Of a stretch of DNA of 64,000 nucleotides, positions 50,637 to 60,719 are shown piece by piece. The stretch lies in NCBI GenBank assembly GCA_965279525.1, contig CBDIIB010000005.1, positions 1,248,001 to 1,312,000 of the forward strand, read 5' to 3'. Source of the stretch: Tagaea sp. (lineage in GTDB: Bacteria; Pseudomonadota; Alphaproteobacteria; CACIAM-22H2). Below the pieces are notes generated by a model. That model was not told the origin of the DNA, did not search any database, and saw only the letters and a list, made by a program, of their open reading frames with translations. Position 1 is the first letter of the stretch; each line of letters begins with the position of its first letter. The position numbers and the translations under genes are program-made.

Positions 50637-52371
50637 CGGCGGCGGGCACGGCAATCGGCTGCATGCCGTCGCGCAGCTTCTTCTCGATCTCGACCTTGAG
50701 CTCGGGCTCCGGCTTGTTGCGCAACGCACGGTGCCACTGGAACTCCGCCTCGAGCTGCCGACCCACGCGCCACAGCGCATCGCCCAGATGATCGAGGATG
50801 ACGGCATCCTCCGGCAGGAGTTCGACCGCGCGCTCGAGCAGCGGAACCGCTTCTTCGAAGCGCCCGAGCCGGAAAAAGGCCCAACCCAGCGAGTCGACGA
50901 TCTGGCCGGAATTCGGCCGCTGCTCCACGGCGCGACGCAGCATCCGCTCGGCTTCGGCGATGTTCTGGCCCTTGTCGACCCATGTGTAGGCCAGGTAGTT
51001 CAGCACGTCGGGCTGGTCGGGCTGGAGTTCGAGCGCACGCTTGAAGTGGCGTTCGGCCGCCGGCCAGTTCTTGGCGCGCTCGAAGGCGATGCCGCGCATA
51101 TAGAACAGCGTCCAGTGCCGCGGCTCGGGTGCGCCCAGGCGCTCGATCGCGCGCCCGTAGGCCGCCGCCGCTTCGGCGAAGCGCTCTTTCTCGCGCAGCA
51201 CGCTGCCCATCGTCATCAGCGGTTCGATCCGGTCCGGCCGGTCCGTGGCCAGCCGTTCGAGGGCGCGCACGGCACCGTTCGTCTCGCCGGTCTCGTGCAG
51301 GTTCTCGGCGATGCGAAGGCGTGCGGCAAAGCCGTGAATCGACGCCGGATCGACCCGGGCATAGAGCTTGTCGGCCTCCGCGCGCTGGCCGAGCTGGTCG
51401 AGAATATCCGCGACGATCGACAGCGTCGCCGGATCGTCGGGCTTCAGATAGAGCGCCAGGCGTCCGTAGCCGAGTGCGAGGACCACCGTGTTGTCCTGGC
51501 GGAACGCCGCAGCGAGGTTGGCCAGCGCTTCGCTGGCACCCGCAACCGGCGTCGAAGCCGGAATCGGGGGCGGGGCGATGGGCGGCCCGCCGGCAAGCGT
51601 GCGCAGCAGGCCTTGGCGGATCACCGGCGATTCCGGGTTCTGCGGGCGGAAGCGCAGATAGAGTGCCCGCGCCTCCGGTGCCCGGCCGCGGCGCTCGAGA
51701 AACCCGCCGAACGCCTCGATCAGGCGCGGCGGCGCCCCGCCGTCGCCTTCGAGCGCGCGCCGGTATGCTTCCTCGGCATCGGCGAAGCGGCCGGCAAGCT
51801 CGTTGATCAGGCCGACATGATAGTCGTGCAGCGAGCGGAACCCCTGCACTTCCTGAACGGGGCGCAGTGCGATGACCGCGGCGGCGGGGCGGTCGAGCGC
51901 CATCTCGATCCAGCCGAGCATCAGCGGGTGGACGATCCGGTTGATGCCCTGGATCGGGAGCGCCATCAGACGCGCGCGCGCGACATCGTTGAGCCCGGCC
52001 TTGAGTTCGGCGACCGCCAGCGTCAGGTGGGCGGGCGCGAAGCCCGCGTTCACGCGCACGATGCGCCGGGCCAGTGCCGCGGCTTCGTCGACGCGGCCGG
52101 CCTCGATCAGGCTCGAATGCGCGCGCAGCATGAAGTCGAGGCTGTCCGGCTCGGCTTCGAGCGCCCGGGCGCTGTATTCCGCGGCGGCGGCGACGTCCCG
52201 CTGGCGCTGGGCGTGAAGTGCCGCAAGGAAACTGCCCGACGCGGTCGGGGCCGTGCTGTCGCCCGTTTCGGCCGGCAGGGCCTGATTCGCGGGCGGGGAG
52301 GCGCAGCCACCCAGCAAGGCCACCGCCAGTGCCGCGGCCGCTAGGGTACCGATCGCCGACCGTTGTGACAT
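50626..52371 (-). CDS. TPR-repeat putative lipoprotein
   Basis: Lipobox LGGC; VLNYLAY.W, IVDSLGW..FRLG, HLGDALW..GR..EA.FQW. Confidence 0.88.
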   Translation of the reverse strand: MSQRSAIGTLAAAALAVALLGGCASPPANQALPAETGDSTAPTASGSFLAALHAQRQRDVAAAAEYSARALEAEPDSLDFMLRAHSSLIEAGRVDEAAALARRIVRVNAGFAPAHLTLAVAELKAGLNDVARARLMALPIQGINRIVHPLMLGWIEMALDRPAAAVIALRPVQEVQGFRSLHDYHVGLINELAGRFADAEEAYRRALEGDGGAPPRLIEAFGGFLERRGRAPEARALYLRFRPQNPESPVIRQGLLRTLAGGPPIAPPPIPASTPVAGASEALANLAAAFRQDNTVVLALGYGRLALYLKPDDPATLSIVADILDQLGQRAEADKLYARVDPASIHGFAARLRIAENLHETGETNGAVRALERLATDRPDRIEPLMTMGSVLREKERFAEAAAAYGRAIERLGAPEPRHWTLFYMRGIAFERAKNWPAAERHFKRALELQPDQPDVLNYLAYTWVDKGQNIAEAERMLRRAVEQRPNSGQIVDSLGWAFFRLGRFEEAVPLLERAVELLPEDAVILDHLGDALWRVGRQLEAEFQWHRALRNKPEPELKVEIEKKLRDGMQPIAVPAAATR

Positions 52372-52561
52372 ATGCGTTGCGTATCCATCTGGCACCGCAC
52401 GCAAAGCGCGCGCAGGCGACTCGAACGACAGGACCTGAACTTAGCCCAGTGTCGACGGGCTTCCAATGGCCGTCGCAGCGCATCGGGGGCGGTTTGTACG
52501 GCTTCGGTGCAGGCCGAATTCACTCAAAAAAACCAAAAGGTTGACCGGATGTCTTCAAAGC

Positions 52562-52589
52562 TTGATTCGAACGCAGAAAAGCGTATATT
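52562..52589 (+). promoter_or_regulatory. Sigma70 promoter of the rimP operon
   Basis: TTGATT-N16-TATATT. Confidence 0.55.
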
Positions 52590-52605
52590 CCCGCCCGTCA
52601 TAACT

Positions 52606-52668
52606 CCCGAGGTTTGGCTCGGGCATCAATAGGAAGTGCGCCCAAACCGGCGCACTTTTTTATTGCCC
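52606..52668 (+). promoter_or_regulatory. rimP leader: attenuator/terminator hairpins
   Basis: CCCGAG-GTTTGG-CTCGGG, then AAGTGCGCC-CAAACC-GGCGCACTT followed by TTTT; terminators in rimP leaders are a known conserved feature. Confidence 0.7.
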
Positions 52669-52742
52669 GCCCGGCTGTGCCGCGGGCGTCCGCGAAACTT
52701 CAACCTCCACGCAACGACAACCGCAGAGTCCGCACGAAGACC

Positions 52743-53249
52743 ATGGAACGCGCGCGCGCCTTGGAAGACATCGTCAGCCCGACCATCGACGGTCTCGGCT
52801 ACGAGCTGGTGCGCGTGGTCGTGACGGGCCGCGACCGGCCGACCCTGCAGATCATGGCGGAGCGCAAGGACCGCAAGGCGATGCGCGTCGAGGATTGCGA
52901 GAACCTGTCGCGCGCGCTGTCGGCCAAGCTCGACGTCGAGGACCCGATCGCCTCGCAGTACGTGCTCGAGGTGAGCTCGCCCGGCATCGACCGCCCGCTC
53001 GTGCGGCCGGTCGATTTCGAGCGCTTCGCCGGGCACGTCGCCAAGGTCGAGACGCGCATCCCCTTCGATGGCCGCAAGCGCTTTTCCGGCCGCCTGATGG
53101 GCGTGGCCGAGGCCCGCGTGCGCATCGACACCAAGGAAGGCCCTGCCGAAGTTCCGCTCGCCGAGATCGCGCGCGCGAAACTTCTGCTGACCGACGAACT
53201 CATTGCCGCGACGAAAGCCGAAGAGAAGGCCGCGGCGACCGCCAACTGA
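52743..53249 (+). CDS. rimP: Ribosome maturation factor
   Basis: TLQIMAER, DC..LSR.LS..LDVEDPI, LEVSSPGIDRPL. Confidence 0.95.
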   Translation: MERARALEDIVSPTIDGLGYELVRVVVTGRDRPTLQIMAERKDRKAMRVEDCENLSRALSAKLDVEDPIASQYVLEVSSPGIDRPLVRPVDFERFAGHVAKVETRIPFDGRKRFSGRLMGVAEARVRIDTKEGPAEVPLAEIARAKLLLTDELIAATKAEEKAAATAN

Positions 53250-53279
53250 CCGAAGACTGAGACCGAGAGAGATCCGATC

Positions 53280-54797
53280 ATGGAACGCACGACCGCCTAT
53301 AACCGCATCGAAATGCTCCAGGTCGCCGACACGGTGGCCCGCGAGAAGGGCATCGAGCGCGAGCAGGTGCTGGAAGCGATGGAGCAGGCCATCCAGAAGG
53401 CCGGCCGCGCGAAGTACGGCATCGAGCACGACATCCGCGCGCATATCGACCGCGACAACGGCGAGATGCAGCTGCTGCGCTATCGCCTGGTCGCCGATCC
53501 GGTGACCAACGATGCGACCGAGATGTCGATCGAGGAAGCCCAGCGCAAGAATCCCGACGCCAAGGTCGGCGACTACCTGACCGACCCGCTGCCGCCGATC
53601 GATTTCGGCCGCATCGCGGCGCAGACCGCCAAGCAGGTCATCGTCCAGCGCGTGCGCGAGGCCGAGCGCCAGCGCCAGTTCGACGAGTACAAGGATCGCG
53701 TGGGCGAGATCGTCAACGGCCTGGTCAAGCGCGTCGAGTTCGGCAACGTCACGGTCGACCTGGGCCGCGCCGAAGCGATCCTGCGGCGCGACGAGACGAT
53801 CCCGCGCGAGAACTTCAAGGCGCAGGAACGCGTGCGCGCCTACATTTACGACGTCCGCCAGGAAGCGCGCGGTCCCCAGATCTTCCTTTCGCGCACGCAT
53901 CCGCAGTTCACCGCCAAGCTGTTCGCGCAGGAAGTGCCGGAAATCTATGACGGCATCATCGAGATCAAGGCGGTCGCCCGCGATCCGGGCAGCCGCGGCA
54001 AGATCGCCGTCGTCAGCCACGACAGCTCGATCGACCCGGTCGGCGCGTGCGTGGGCATGCGCGGCAGCCGCGTGCAGGCCGTCGTCGCCGAGCAGCAGGG
54101 CGAGAAGATCGACATCATCCCGTGGTCGAACGACCCGGCGACGTTCGTCGTCAATGCGCTGGCACCGGCCGAAGTCACCAAGGTCGTGCTCGACGAGGAA
54201 GCCCGCCGCATCGAGGTGGTCGTCCCCGACGAGCAGCTGTCGCTGGCCATCGGCCGCCGCGGCCAGAATGTGCGCCTTGCCTCCATGCTGACCGGCTGGG
54301 CAATCGACATCCTGACCGAGGCCGAGGAATCCGAACGCCGCCAGCAGGAATTCAAGGAGCGCTCGCAGGTGTTCGTCGATGCGCTCGACGTCGACGACGT
54401 CATCGCGGGCCTGCTCGTCACCGAAGGCTTCACGACGGTCGAGGAAGTCGCCGTCGTCGACGCCGACGAACTGGCCGGCATCGAAGGGTTCGACGAAGGC
54501 GTTGCCGCCGAGCTCAAGACGCGCGCGGAGAACTTCGTCGAGAAGGAACACGAGCGCCTCGAGACCGAGCGCAAGCGCCTCGGCGTGGTCGACGAGATCG
54601 CCGGAATGGATGTCTTCACGCCCGCCATGCTGGTCATGCTCGGCGAGAAGGGCGTCAAGACGCTCGACGACCTGGGCGACCTCGCCGGCGACGAGCTGAT
54701 CGAGATCGTCGGCAAGGACGCGATGGACGAAGAGACCGCCAACGCGACCATCATGAAGGCGCGCGAGCACTGGTTCGCGGAAGAAAAACAGAAGTAA
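53280..54797 (+). CDS. nusA: Transcription termination/antitermination factor
   Basis: FGRIAAQTAKQVI, ARDPGSR.K, LSLAIGRRGQNVRLA. Confidence 0.97.
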   Translation: MERTTAYNRIEMLQVADTVAREKGIEREQVLEAMEQAIQKAGRAKYGIEHDIRAHIDRDNGEMQLLRYRLVADPVTNDATEMSIEEAQRKNPDAKVGDYLTDPLPPIDFGRIAAQTAKQVIVQRVREAERQRQFDEYKDRVGEIVNGLVKRVEFGNVTVDLGRAEAILRRDETIPRENFKAQERVRAYIYDVRQEARGPQIFLSRTHPQFTAKLFAQEVPEIYDGIIEIKAVARDPGSRGKIAVVSHDSSIDPVGACVGMRGSRVQAVVAEQQGEKIDIIPWSNDPATFVVNALAPAEVTKVVLDEEARRIEVVVPDEQLSLAIGRRGQNVRLASMLTGWAIDILTEAEESERRQQEFKERSQVFVDALDVDDVIAGLLVTEGFTTVEEVAVVDADELAGIEGFDEGVAAELKTRAENFVEKEHERLETERKRLGVVDEIAGMDVFTPAMLVMLGEKGVKTLDDLGDLAGDELIEIVGKDAMDEETANATIMKAREHWFAEEKQK

Positions 54798-54814
54798 GGA
54801 ACAGACGGAAGCAC

Positions 54815-55441
54815 GTGACCGAAGCCCTCGCCCTCGATCCGGCCCCCCTGGCCGACGATCTGCCCGACACCGACGGGCCGCTGCGCCGCTGCATCGTCAG
54901 CGGCCGCACGGGTCCGCGCGAGTCGTTCGTGCGCTTCGTCGTCGGGCCGAACGGCGAGGTGTTTCCGGACGTGGCGGGCAAGCTGCCCGGACGCGGCCTG
55001 TGGGTGACGGCGGATTTCGCGTCGGTACGCCAGGCGGTGCAGAAGAACGCCTTTGCCAAGGCGGCACGCCAGCCCGCGAAAGCGGCGGCGGACCTGCCGG
55101 AGCGCGTCGGGCATCTGCTCGCGCGCCGTGCGGTCGAAACGCTGTCGCTGTGCCGGCGCGCCGGCCAGGCCGCGCAGGGTTTCGCCAAGGTGAAGGAAAA
55201 GATCGAGAAAGGCCGCTGCGGGCTGCTCGTGGCGGCATCCGACGGTTCGCACGCCGAGCGCGCGCGGCTGGCCGGTGCGGAAATTCCGGTGGCCACGGGG
55301 CTGACGGCGAACGAGATGGGTGAAGCCTTCGGGCGGGACCATGCGGTGCATGCGGCGATCGCACCGGGTGCGCTCGCCCAACGGCTTGGCGAGGATTTGG
55401 CGCGTTTGGCGGGTTACCGCGCGAACGAAAGCAACGGATGA
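54815..55441 (+). CDS. YlxR/DUF448 plus L7Ae-like RNA-binding protein
   Basis: P.RRCIVS, RFVVGP.G...PD...KLPGRG.WV; lies between nusA and infB. Confidence 0.88.
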   Translation: MTEALALDPAPLADDLPDTDGPLRRCIVSGRTGPRESFVRFVVGPNGEVFPDVAGKLPGRGLWVTADFASVRQAVQKNAFAKAARQPAKAAADLPERVGHLLARRAVETLSLCRRAGQAAQGFAKVKEKIEKGRCGLLVAASDGSHAERARLAGAEIPVATGLTANEMGEAFGRDHAVHAAIAPGALAQRLGEDLARLAGYRANESNG

Positions 55442-55461
55442 AAGCGAACGACGGTCGAGAT

Positions 55462-58116
55462 ATGACGGACACCAAGGATCAGGAAACTCCCCAGGACGCC
55501 AAGAAGAAGCTCGCTCTCGCCGGCAAGTCCGGCGGTCGGCTGGAACTGCGTTCGCCCGGCGGTGCCGGCGGCGATGCAGGTTCTGTCCGCCAGAGCTTCC
55601 CGCATGGCCGCTCCAAGACCGTGCAGGTCGAGGTCCGCAAGAAGCGCGTGCCGGGTGCGGCACCCGCACCTGCCGCGGGACCCACTCCTGCCGCCGAGGC
55701 GGCCGCGACGAAGGCCGCCGCCGCGTCCGGTCCGGCGCCGACGGCCAAGCCGCAGGTTCTGCGCACGCTGACCGACGAGGAACGCACCGCGCGCCAGCGC
55801 GCGATCCAGAGCGCCATCCGTGCCGACGTCGAGGCCAAGCGCCGCAACGAGGACGAAGCGCGCCTGATCGAAGCCGACATGAAGCGCAAGTCGGAGGACG
55901 ACGCCAAGCGCAAGACCGAGGAAGTCGCCCAGAAGAAGGTCGACAACGTCGTCGCCCAGAAGGCGGACGAAGAGCAGAAGAAGCGCGCCGAAGAAGAGAC
56001 GCTGCGCCTCAACGAAGAAGAGAACAAGCGCCGGCAGGCGACCGAAGTCGCGCGCGCGGCCACGCTGCCGCCGGCCGTCAAGGCCGCGGTCGCCGCGACC
56101 GCCGAAGACGAGGATCGCCCGCGCCGTCCCGGCGCCTTCCGTCCCGGCCAGGGTCCCGGCCGTCCGGGCGCCTTCCGCCCCCCCAACAAGGCCGCACCAG
56201 AAGGCGGGCGCGATCTCAAGGAACGCCGCCAGGGCAAGATCTCGGTCACCCAGGCGCTCGACAGCGAAGAAACGATCCGCGTGCGTTCGCTCGCCGCGAT
56301 GAAGCGCGCGCGCGAAAAGGAACGCGCGCGCATGTTCCAGCAGGGGCCGGCCGCCAAGGTCGTGCGCGACGTCGTCATCCCCGAGGCGATCACGGTCCAG
56401 GAACTCGCCAACCGCATGGCCGAGCGCAGCGTGGACGTCATCAAGTCGCTGATGAAGATGGGCGTCATGGCGACGATCAACGAGCCGGTCGACGCCGACA
56501 CCGCAGAACTGATCGTGGCCGAGTTCGGCCACAAGGTCATCCGCGTGGCCGAAGCCGACGTCGAGATCGGCCTCGAAGGCAACACCGATACCGACGTGGC
56601 GCTCCAGCCGCGCGCCCCGGTCGTCACGATCATGGGTCACGTCGACCACGGCAAGACCTCGCTGCTCGACGCGTTGCGCGAGACGGACGTCGCCAAGCAC
56701 GAGGCCGGCGGCATCACGCAGCATATCGGCGCCTACAAGGTGAAGCTGAAGGGCGGTCAGGCGATCACGTTCCTCGACACCCCGGGCCACGAGGCGTTCA
56801 CCGCCATGCGTGCGCGCGGCGCCAAGGTCACCGACATCGTCGTGCTGGTCGTGGCTGCCGACGACGGCATCCAGCCGCAGACGGTCGAGGCGATCGCGCA
56901 CGCCAAGGCGGCGGGCGTCCCGATGATCGTGGCGATCAACAAGGTCGACAAGCCGGACGCCGACTCCGACCGCGTGCGGCGCGATCTCCTCCAGCACGAC
57001 GTGGCCCTCGAAGGCTACGGCGGCGACACGCTGGGCATCGATGTTTCCGCCAAGGCGCGTACCGGTCTCGACAAGCTCGAGGAAGCGATCCTGCTGCAGG
57101 CCGAAATCCTGGAGCTGCGCGCCAATCCCGAGCGTGCGGCACAAGGTGCCATCGTCGAAGCCAAGCTCGAGCGCGGCCGCGGTCCGGTCGCGACCGTGCT
57201 GGTCCAGAAGGGCACGCTCAAGGTCGGCGACATCTTCGTCGCGGGCGAGGAATGGGGGCGCGTGCGCGCCCTCGTCGACGACCGCGGCCGCCAGATCGAC
57301 GCCGCCGGCCCGTCCACACCGGTCGAGGTCATCGGCCTCAACGGCACGCCGCAGGCGGGCGACGACTTCCAGGTCGTCGACAACGATGCGCGCGCGCGCG
57401 AGGTGACCGAGTTCCGCCAACGCCGTTCGCGCGATGCGACGGCCACGGCGCGGGCACGCGGCACGCTCGAGCAGATGTTCACCAAGATCCAGCAGGGCGA
57501 GGCCAAGGAGCTTGCGGTCGTCGTGAAGACCGACGTGCAGGGCTCGCTCGAGGCGATCGTCGGGGCGCTCACCAAGCTGCGCACCGACGAAGTCGCGGTG
57601 CGCATCCTGCACGGTGCCGTGGGCGGCATCACCGAAGGCGACATCGCGTTGGCCAAGGCAAGCCAGGGCGTGATCATCGGCTTCAACGTGCGTGCCAACC
57701 CGCAGGCCCGCGAGATGGCAAAGCGCGACGGCATCGAGATCCGTTACTACTCGATCATCTACGGCGTGATCGACGAGATCAAGGCGGCCCTCTCGGGCAT
57801 GCTCTCGCCGACGCTGAAGGAGAAGTTCCTCGGCAACGCGGAGATCCGCCAGGTCTTCAACATCACCAAGGTCGGCAAGGTCGCCGGCTGCCGCGTGGTG
57901 GAAGGCATCGTCAAGCGCGGGGCGAAGGTCCGCCTGCTGCGCGACCAGACGGTCATCCACGAAGGCACGCTCAAGACGCTGCGCCGCTTCAAGGAAGAAG
58001 TGCGCGAGGTCCAGGACGGCTACGAGTGCGGCATGGCATTCGAGAACTACGAGGACATCCGCGAGGGTGATCTGATCGAGTGCTTCGAGGTCGAGGAAGT
58101 CGCGCGCACGATCTGA
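55462..58116 (+). CDS. infB: Translation initiation factor IF-2
   Basis: [29 protein letters not shown]; an alternative start is at 55438. Confidence 0.98.
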   Translation: MTDTKDQETPQDAKKKLALAGKSGGRLELRSPGGAGGDAGSVRQSFPHGRSKTVQVEVRKKRVPGAAPAPAAGPTPAAEAAATKAAAASGPAPTAKPQVLRTLTDEERTARQRAIQSAIRADVEAKRRNEDEARLIEADMKRKSEDDAKRKTEEVAQKKVDNVVAQKADEEQKKRAEEETLRLNEEENKRRQATEVARAATLPPAVKAAVAATAEDEDRPRRPGAFRPGQGPGRPGAFRPPNKAAPEGGRDLKERRQGKISVTQALDSEETIRVRSLAAMKRAREKERARMFQQGPAAKVVRDVVIPEAITVQELANRMAERSVDVIKSLMKMGVMATINEPVDADTAELIVAEFGHKVIRVAEADVEIGLEGNTDTDVALQPRAPVVTIMGHVDHGKTSLLDALRETDVAKHEAGGITQHIGAYKVKLKGGQAITFLDTPGHEAFTAMRARGAKVTDIVVLVVAADDGIQPQTVEAIAHAKAAGVPMIVAINKVDKPDADSDRVRRDLLQHDVALEGYGGDTLGIDVSAKARTGLDKLEEAILLQAEILELRANPERAAQGAIVEAKLERGRGPVATVLVQKGTLKVGDIFVAGEEWGRVRALVDDRGRQIDAAGPSTPVEVIGLNGTPQAGDDFQVVDNDARAREVTEFRQRRSRDATATARARGTLEQMFTKIQQGEAKELAVVVKTDVQGSLEAIVGALTKLRTDEVAVRILHGAVGGITEGDIALAKASQGVIIGFNVRANPQAREMAKRDGIEIRYYSIIYGVIDEIKAALSGMLSPTLKEKFLGNAEIRQVFNITKVGKVAGCRVVEGIVKRGAKVRLLRDQTVIHEGTLKTLRRFKEEVREVQDGYECGMAFENYEDIREGDLIECFEVEEVARTI

Positions 58117-58700
58117 TGGGGCACGCGGCCGACGATACCGGGGACGGTGCGGGGAATATCCCGCCCGTCCCCTTCTATTTCCTGCGCCACGGCGAGACCG
58201 ACTGGAACCGCGCGCACCGGCTCCAGGGGAATATCGACGTACCGCTCAACGAGACCGGCGTCGCACAGGCGCAGGCCGCCGCCGCGAGGCTCGCGGGCCT
58301 GCCCATCGCCACGATCGTTTCAAGCCCCCTGTCGCGCGCCTTGCGCACAGCGGAGTTCGCGGCACGCGCACTTGGCTTGCCGGTCGAACTCGATGCCGGG
58401 CTTGCCGAGTGCGCGCTGGGCGTGCGCGAAGGCACGCCCGAAGAGGGATTTCTCGCCCGATGGCAGCGCGGCGAGGAGACACCGGAGGGCGGGGAAAGCT
58501 TCGTCGAGTTCTGCCGGCGCGCGCAGGCCGGTGTGGGTCGGGCACTTGCCCGGCCGGGTCCGGTCCTCGTCGTCGCGCACGGCGGCGTTTTTTCGGCGCT
58601 GCGGCGTGCGCTCGGTCTTGGCCCGTCGATGATGCTCGCCAATGCGGTCCCGATCTACCTGCTGCCGCACGACGGCAGATGGGACATGGCCGAGATCTAG
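58116..58700 (+). CDS. Histidine phosphatase family protein
   Basis: FYFLRHGETDWN..RLQG, SSPL.RA, GES, VAHGG; TGATG overlap with infB. Confidence 0.88.
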   Translation: MGHAADDTGDGAGNIPPVPFYFLRHGETDWNRAHRLQGNIDVPLNETGVAQAQAAAARLAGLPIATIVSSPLSRALRTAEFAARALGLPVELDAGLAECALGVREGTPEEGFLARWQRGEETPEGGESFVEFCRRAQAGVGRALARPGPVLVVAHGGVFSALRRALGLGPSMMLANAVPIYLLPHDGRWDMAEI

Positions 58701-60661
58701 CTGCCGGGCCGCATCGCTTCCTTGGCCTTGGCCGCAAGCTGGTCGAGGCTGAAGGGCTTGGGCAGGAAGTGGACATTGTCGAAGCCCGCCAGCGTCTGGC
58801 GGAACTGCTCCTCGGCATAGCCAGAAATGCACACGATCTTCAGCGCCGGGAACAGCTTGCGCGATTCGCGGATCAGCGTCGTGCCGTCCATCTGCGGCAT
58901 CACGACGTCGGTGATCATCAGGTCGATGGTGGCGCCGATCTCGCGCACGATATCGAGGGCCGCATCGCCCGTCTTCGCCTCGACGACCTTGTAGCCCTTG
59001 TTGCGCAGCGCACGTGCTCCGAACAGGCGCACGGCGTCCTCGTCCTCGACCAGCAGCACGGTGCCGGCTCCGGTAAGATCGCGCCGGCGTGCGGGCGAGG
59101 TGTCGGCGCTTTCTTCCTGTGCGGGACCCGTCCAGCGCGGCAGCAGCAACGTGAAGGTCGATCCGCGGCCCGGCGCGCTGTCGACCTGCACGAAGCCGCC
59201 GGTCTGGCGCACGATGCCGTAGACGGTCGAGAGCCCCAGCCCCGTGCCGGACCCCACCGCCTTGGTCGAGAAGAACGGCTCGAAGATGCGCCCGATGATG
59301 TCGGGCGGGATGCCGGTCCCGGTATCCGCCACGTCGACGCGCACGTATTCGCCGGGCGGAATCTCCTCGTCGCCATAGCGCTCCGGCACGGTCTTGGTCG
59401 CGTTCGATGTGCGGATCGTCAGCGTGCCGCCGTTGTGCATCGCGTCGCGCGCGTTGACCGCGAGATTGATGATCACCTGCTCGAGCTGGCCCTGGTCGAC
59501 GCGCACGAGCCACAGGTCGCGCGCGTGCACGACCTTGAGCTCGATCGCGGCACCGATCAGCCGGCGCAGCAGGTGGGAAAGCTCGGTCAGCGCGTCGGTG
59601 ACGTCGAGCACCTTGGGCTGCAACGTCTGCTGGCGCGAAAAGGCGAGGAGCTGGCGCACCAGGTTCGCCGCGCGGTTGGCGTTCTGGCGGATCTGCATGA
59701 TGTCGGCGAAGGACGCGTCGCCGGGCTGGTGGCGCAGCAGCAGCAGGTCGCAGAACCCGATCATCGCGGTCAGCAGGTTGTTGAAGTCGTGGGCGACGCC
59801 GCCTGCGAGCTGGCCGACTGCCTGCATCTTCTGCGACTGGGCGAACTGCTGCTCCAGCCGGCGCTGCTCGCTGATGTCGAGGAAATGCAGGATCGTGGCC
59901 CCGTCCGCGCCGGCCGATTCGTCGAGCGCGCGCGCGAACGTCGCGACGATGCGTTCCTTGCCGTCCGCCCCCACCAGCCGCACGTTGATGTGCTCGGGCG
60001 CTCGCTCGCTGGCACCCTTGCCCGTCGACGCGATGGCGAGCCGACGCAGTTTGCCGATCAGTTCGCCGCGCTCCTCGGGCACCACGAACATCGTCAGGTT
60101 CCGCCCGGCCGCCCCTTCGCGGTCGGCACCGGTCAGGCGCTGGAACGCGCGGTTGGTCTCGGTCAGCCGTCCGTCGGGATCGACAAGGGCGATGCCGACC
60201 GGCGCGTTCTCGAAAAACCGCCGAAAACCCAATTCGCTGCGTGCGAGTGCCGTCGCCATCTCGCGCTCGGGCTCGGCATCGCGCGCCATCGCGCGCACGA
60301 CGATGCCGTCGGGTGCGACCGGATCGCTTGTCTGGGCGATCGAGATGAGCGTCGGCACGCCGCCCAGATGGCGGAACCGAACGTCGCCATTCGACAGGCC
60401 GAGCCCGCCGAACGGATCGTAGGCGGCCGTCCCCGCCGGGATCGGCTCGGCGAGCACGTCGTGCAGGCGCAGGCCGCCGACGATCTCGGCAAGCGGCCGG
60501 CCGATCATCTCGGCGAAAGCGGGATTGGCAAAGACAAAGCGGCCGCCGGCATCGAGCGCGTAGAAGCCGACGGGTGCGGCGGCCAGAAAGGCCCCCGCAC
60601 CCCTGTCGAGTGCCGCTTGCGTCTTGCTTTGGTTGAGGCCGAATAGTTTGCCGAACACCAT
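58697..60661 (-). CDS. cckA: CckA-like PAS-PAS hybrid histidine kinase/receiver
   Basis: QSQKMQAVGQLAGGVAHDFNNLLT, IMQI.QNANRAA.LVRQLLAFSR.QTL, GTGLGLSTVYGIV.Q, TDVVMP.MDG. Confidence 0.8.
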   Translation of the reverse strand: MVFGKLFGLNQSKTQAALDRGAGAFLAAAPVGFYALDAGGRFVFANPAFAEMIGRPLAEIVGGLRLHDVLAEPIPAGTAAYDPFGGLGLSNGDVRFRHLGGVPTLISIAQTSDPVAPDGIVVRAMARDAEPEREMATALARSELGFRRFFENAPVGIALVDPDGRLTETNRAFQRLTGADREGAAGRNLTMFVVPEERGELIGKLRRLAIASTGKGASERAPEHINVRLVGADGKERIVATFARALDESAGADGATILHFLDISEQRRLEQQFAQSQKMQAVGQLAGGVAHDFNNLLTAMIGFCDLLLLRHQPGDASFADIMQIRQNANRAANLVRQLLAFSRQQTLQPKVLDVTDALTELSHLLRRLIGAAIELKVVHARDLWLVRVDQGQLEQVIINLAVNARDAMHNGGTLTIRTSNATKTVPERYGDEEIPPGEYVRVDVADTGTGIPPDIIGRIFEPFFSTKAVGSGTGLGLSTVYGIVRQTGGFVQVDSAPGRGSTFTLLLPRWTGPAQEESADTSPARRRDLTGAGTVLLVEDEDAVRLFGARALRNKGYKVVEAKTGDAALDIVREIGATIDLMITDVVMPQMDGTTLIRESRKLFPALKIVCISGYAEEQFRQTLAGFDNVHFLPKPFSLDQLAAKAKEAMRPGS

Positions 60662-60719
60662 GCCGGCCAGATTAGTGCAGAACGCGACCCGGCGTAATCG
60701 GGTTCTGCACCCTGTCGGT

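Noticed and set aside
56118-56183. Repeated RPGAFRP in IF-2
   Set aside because: Low-complexity Arg/Pro/Gly repeats are normal in the IF-2 N-terminal region.
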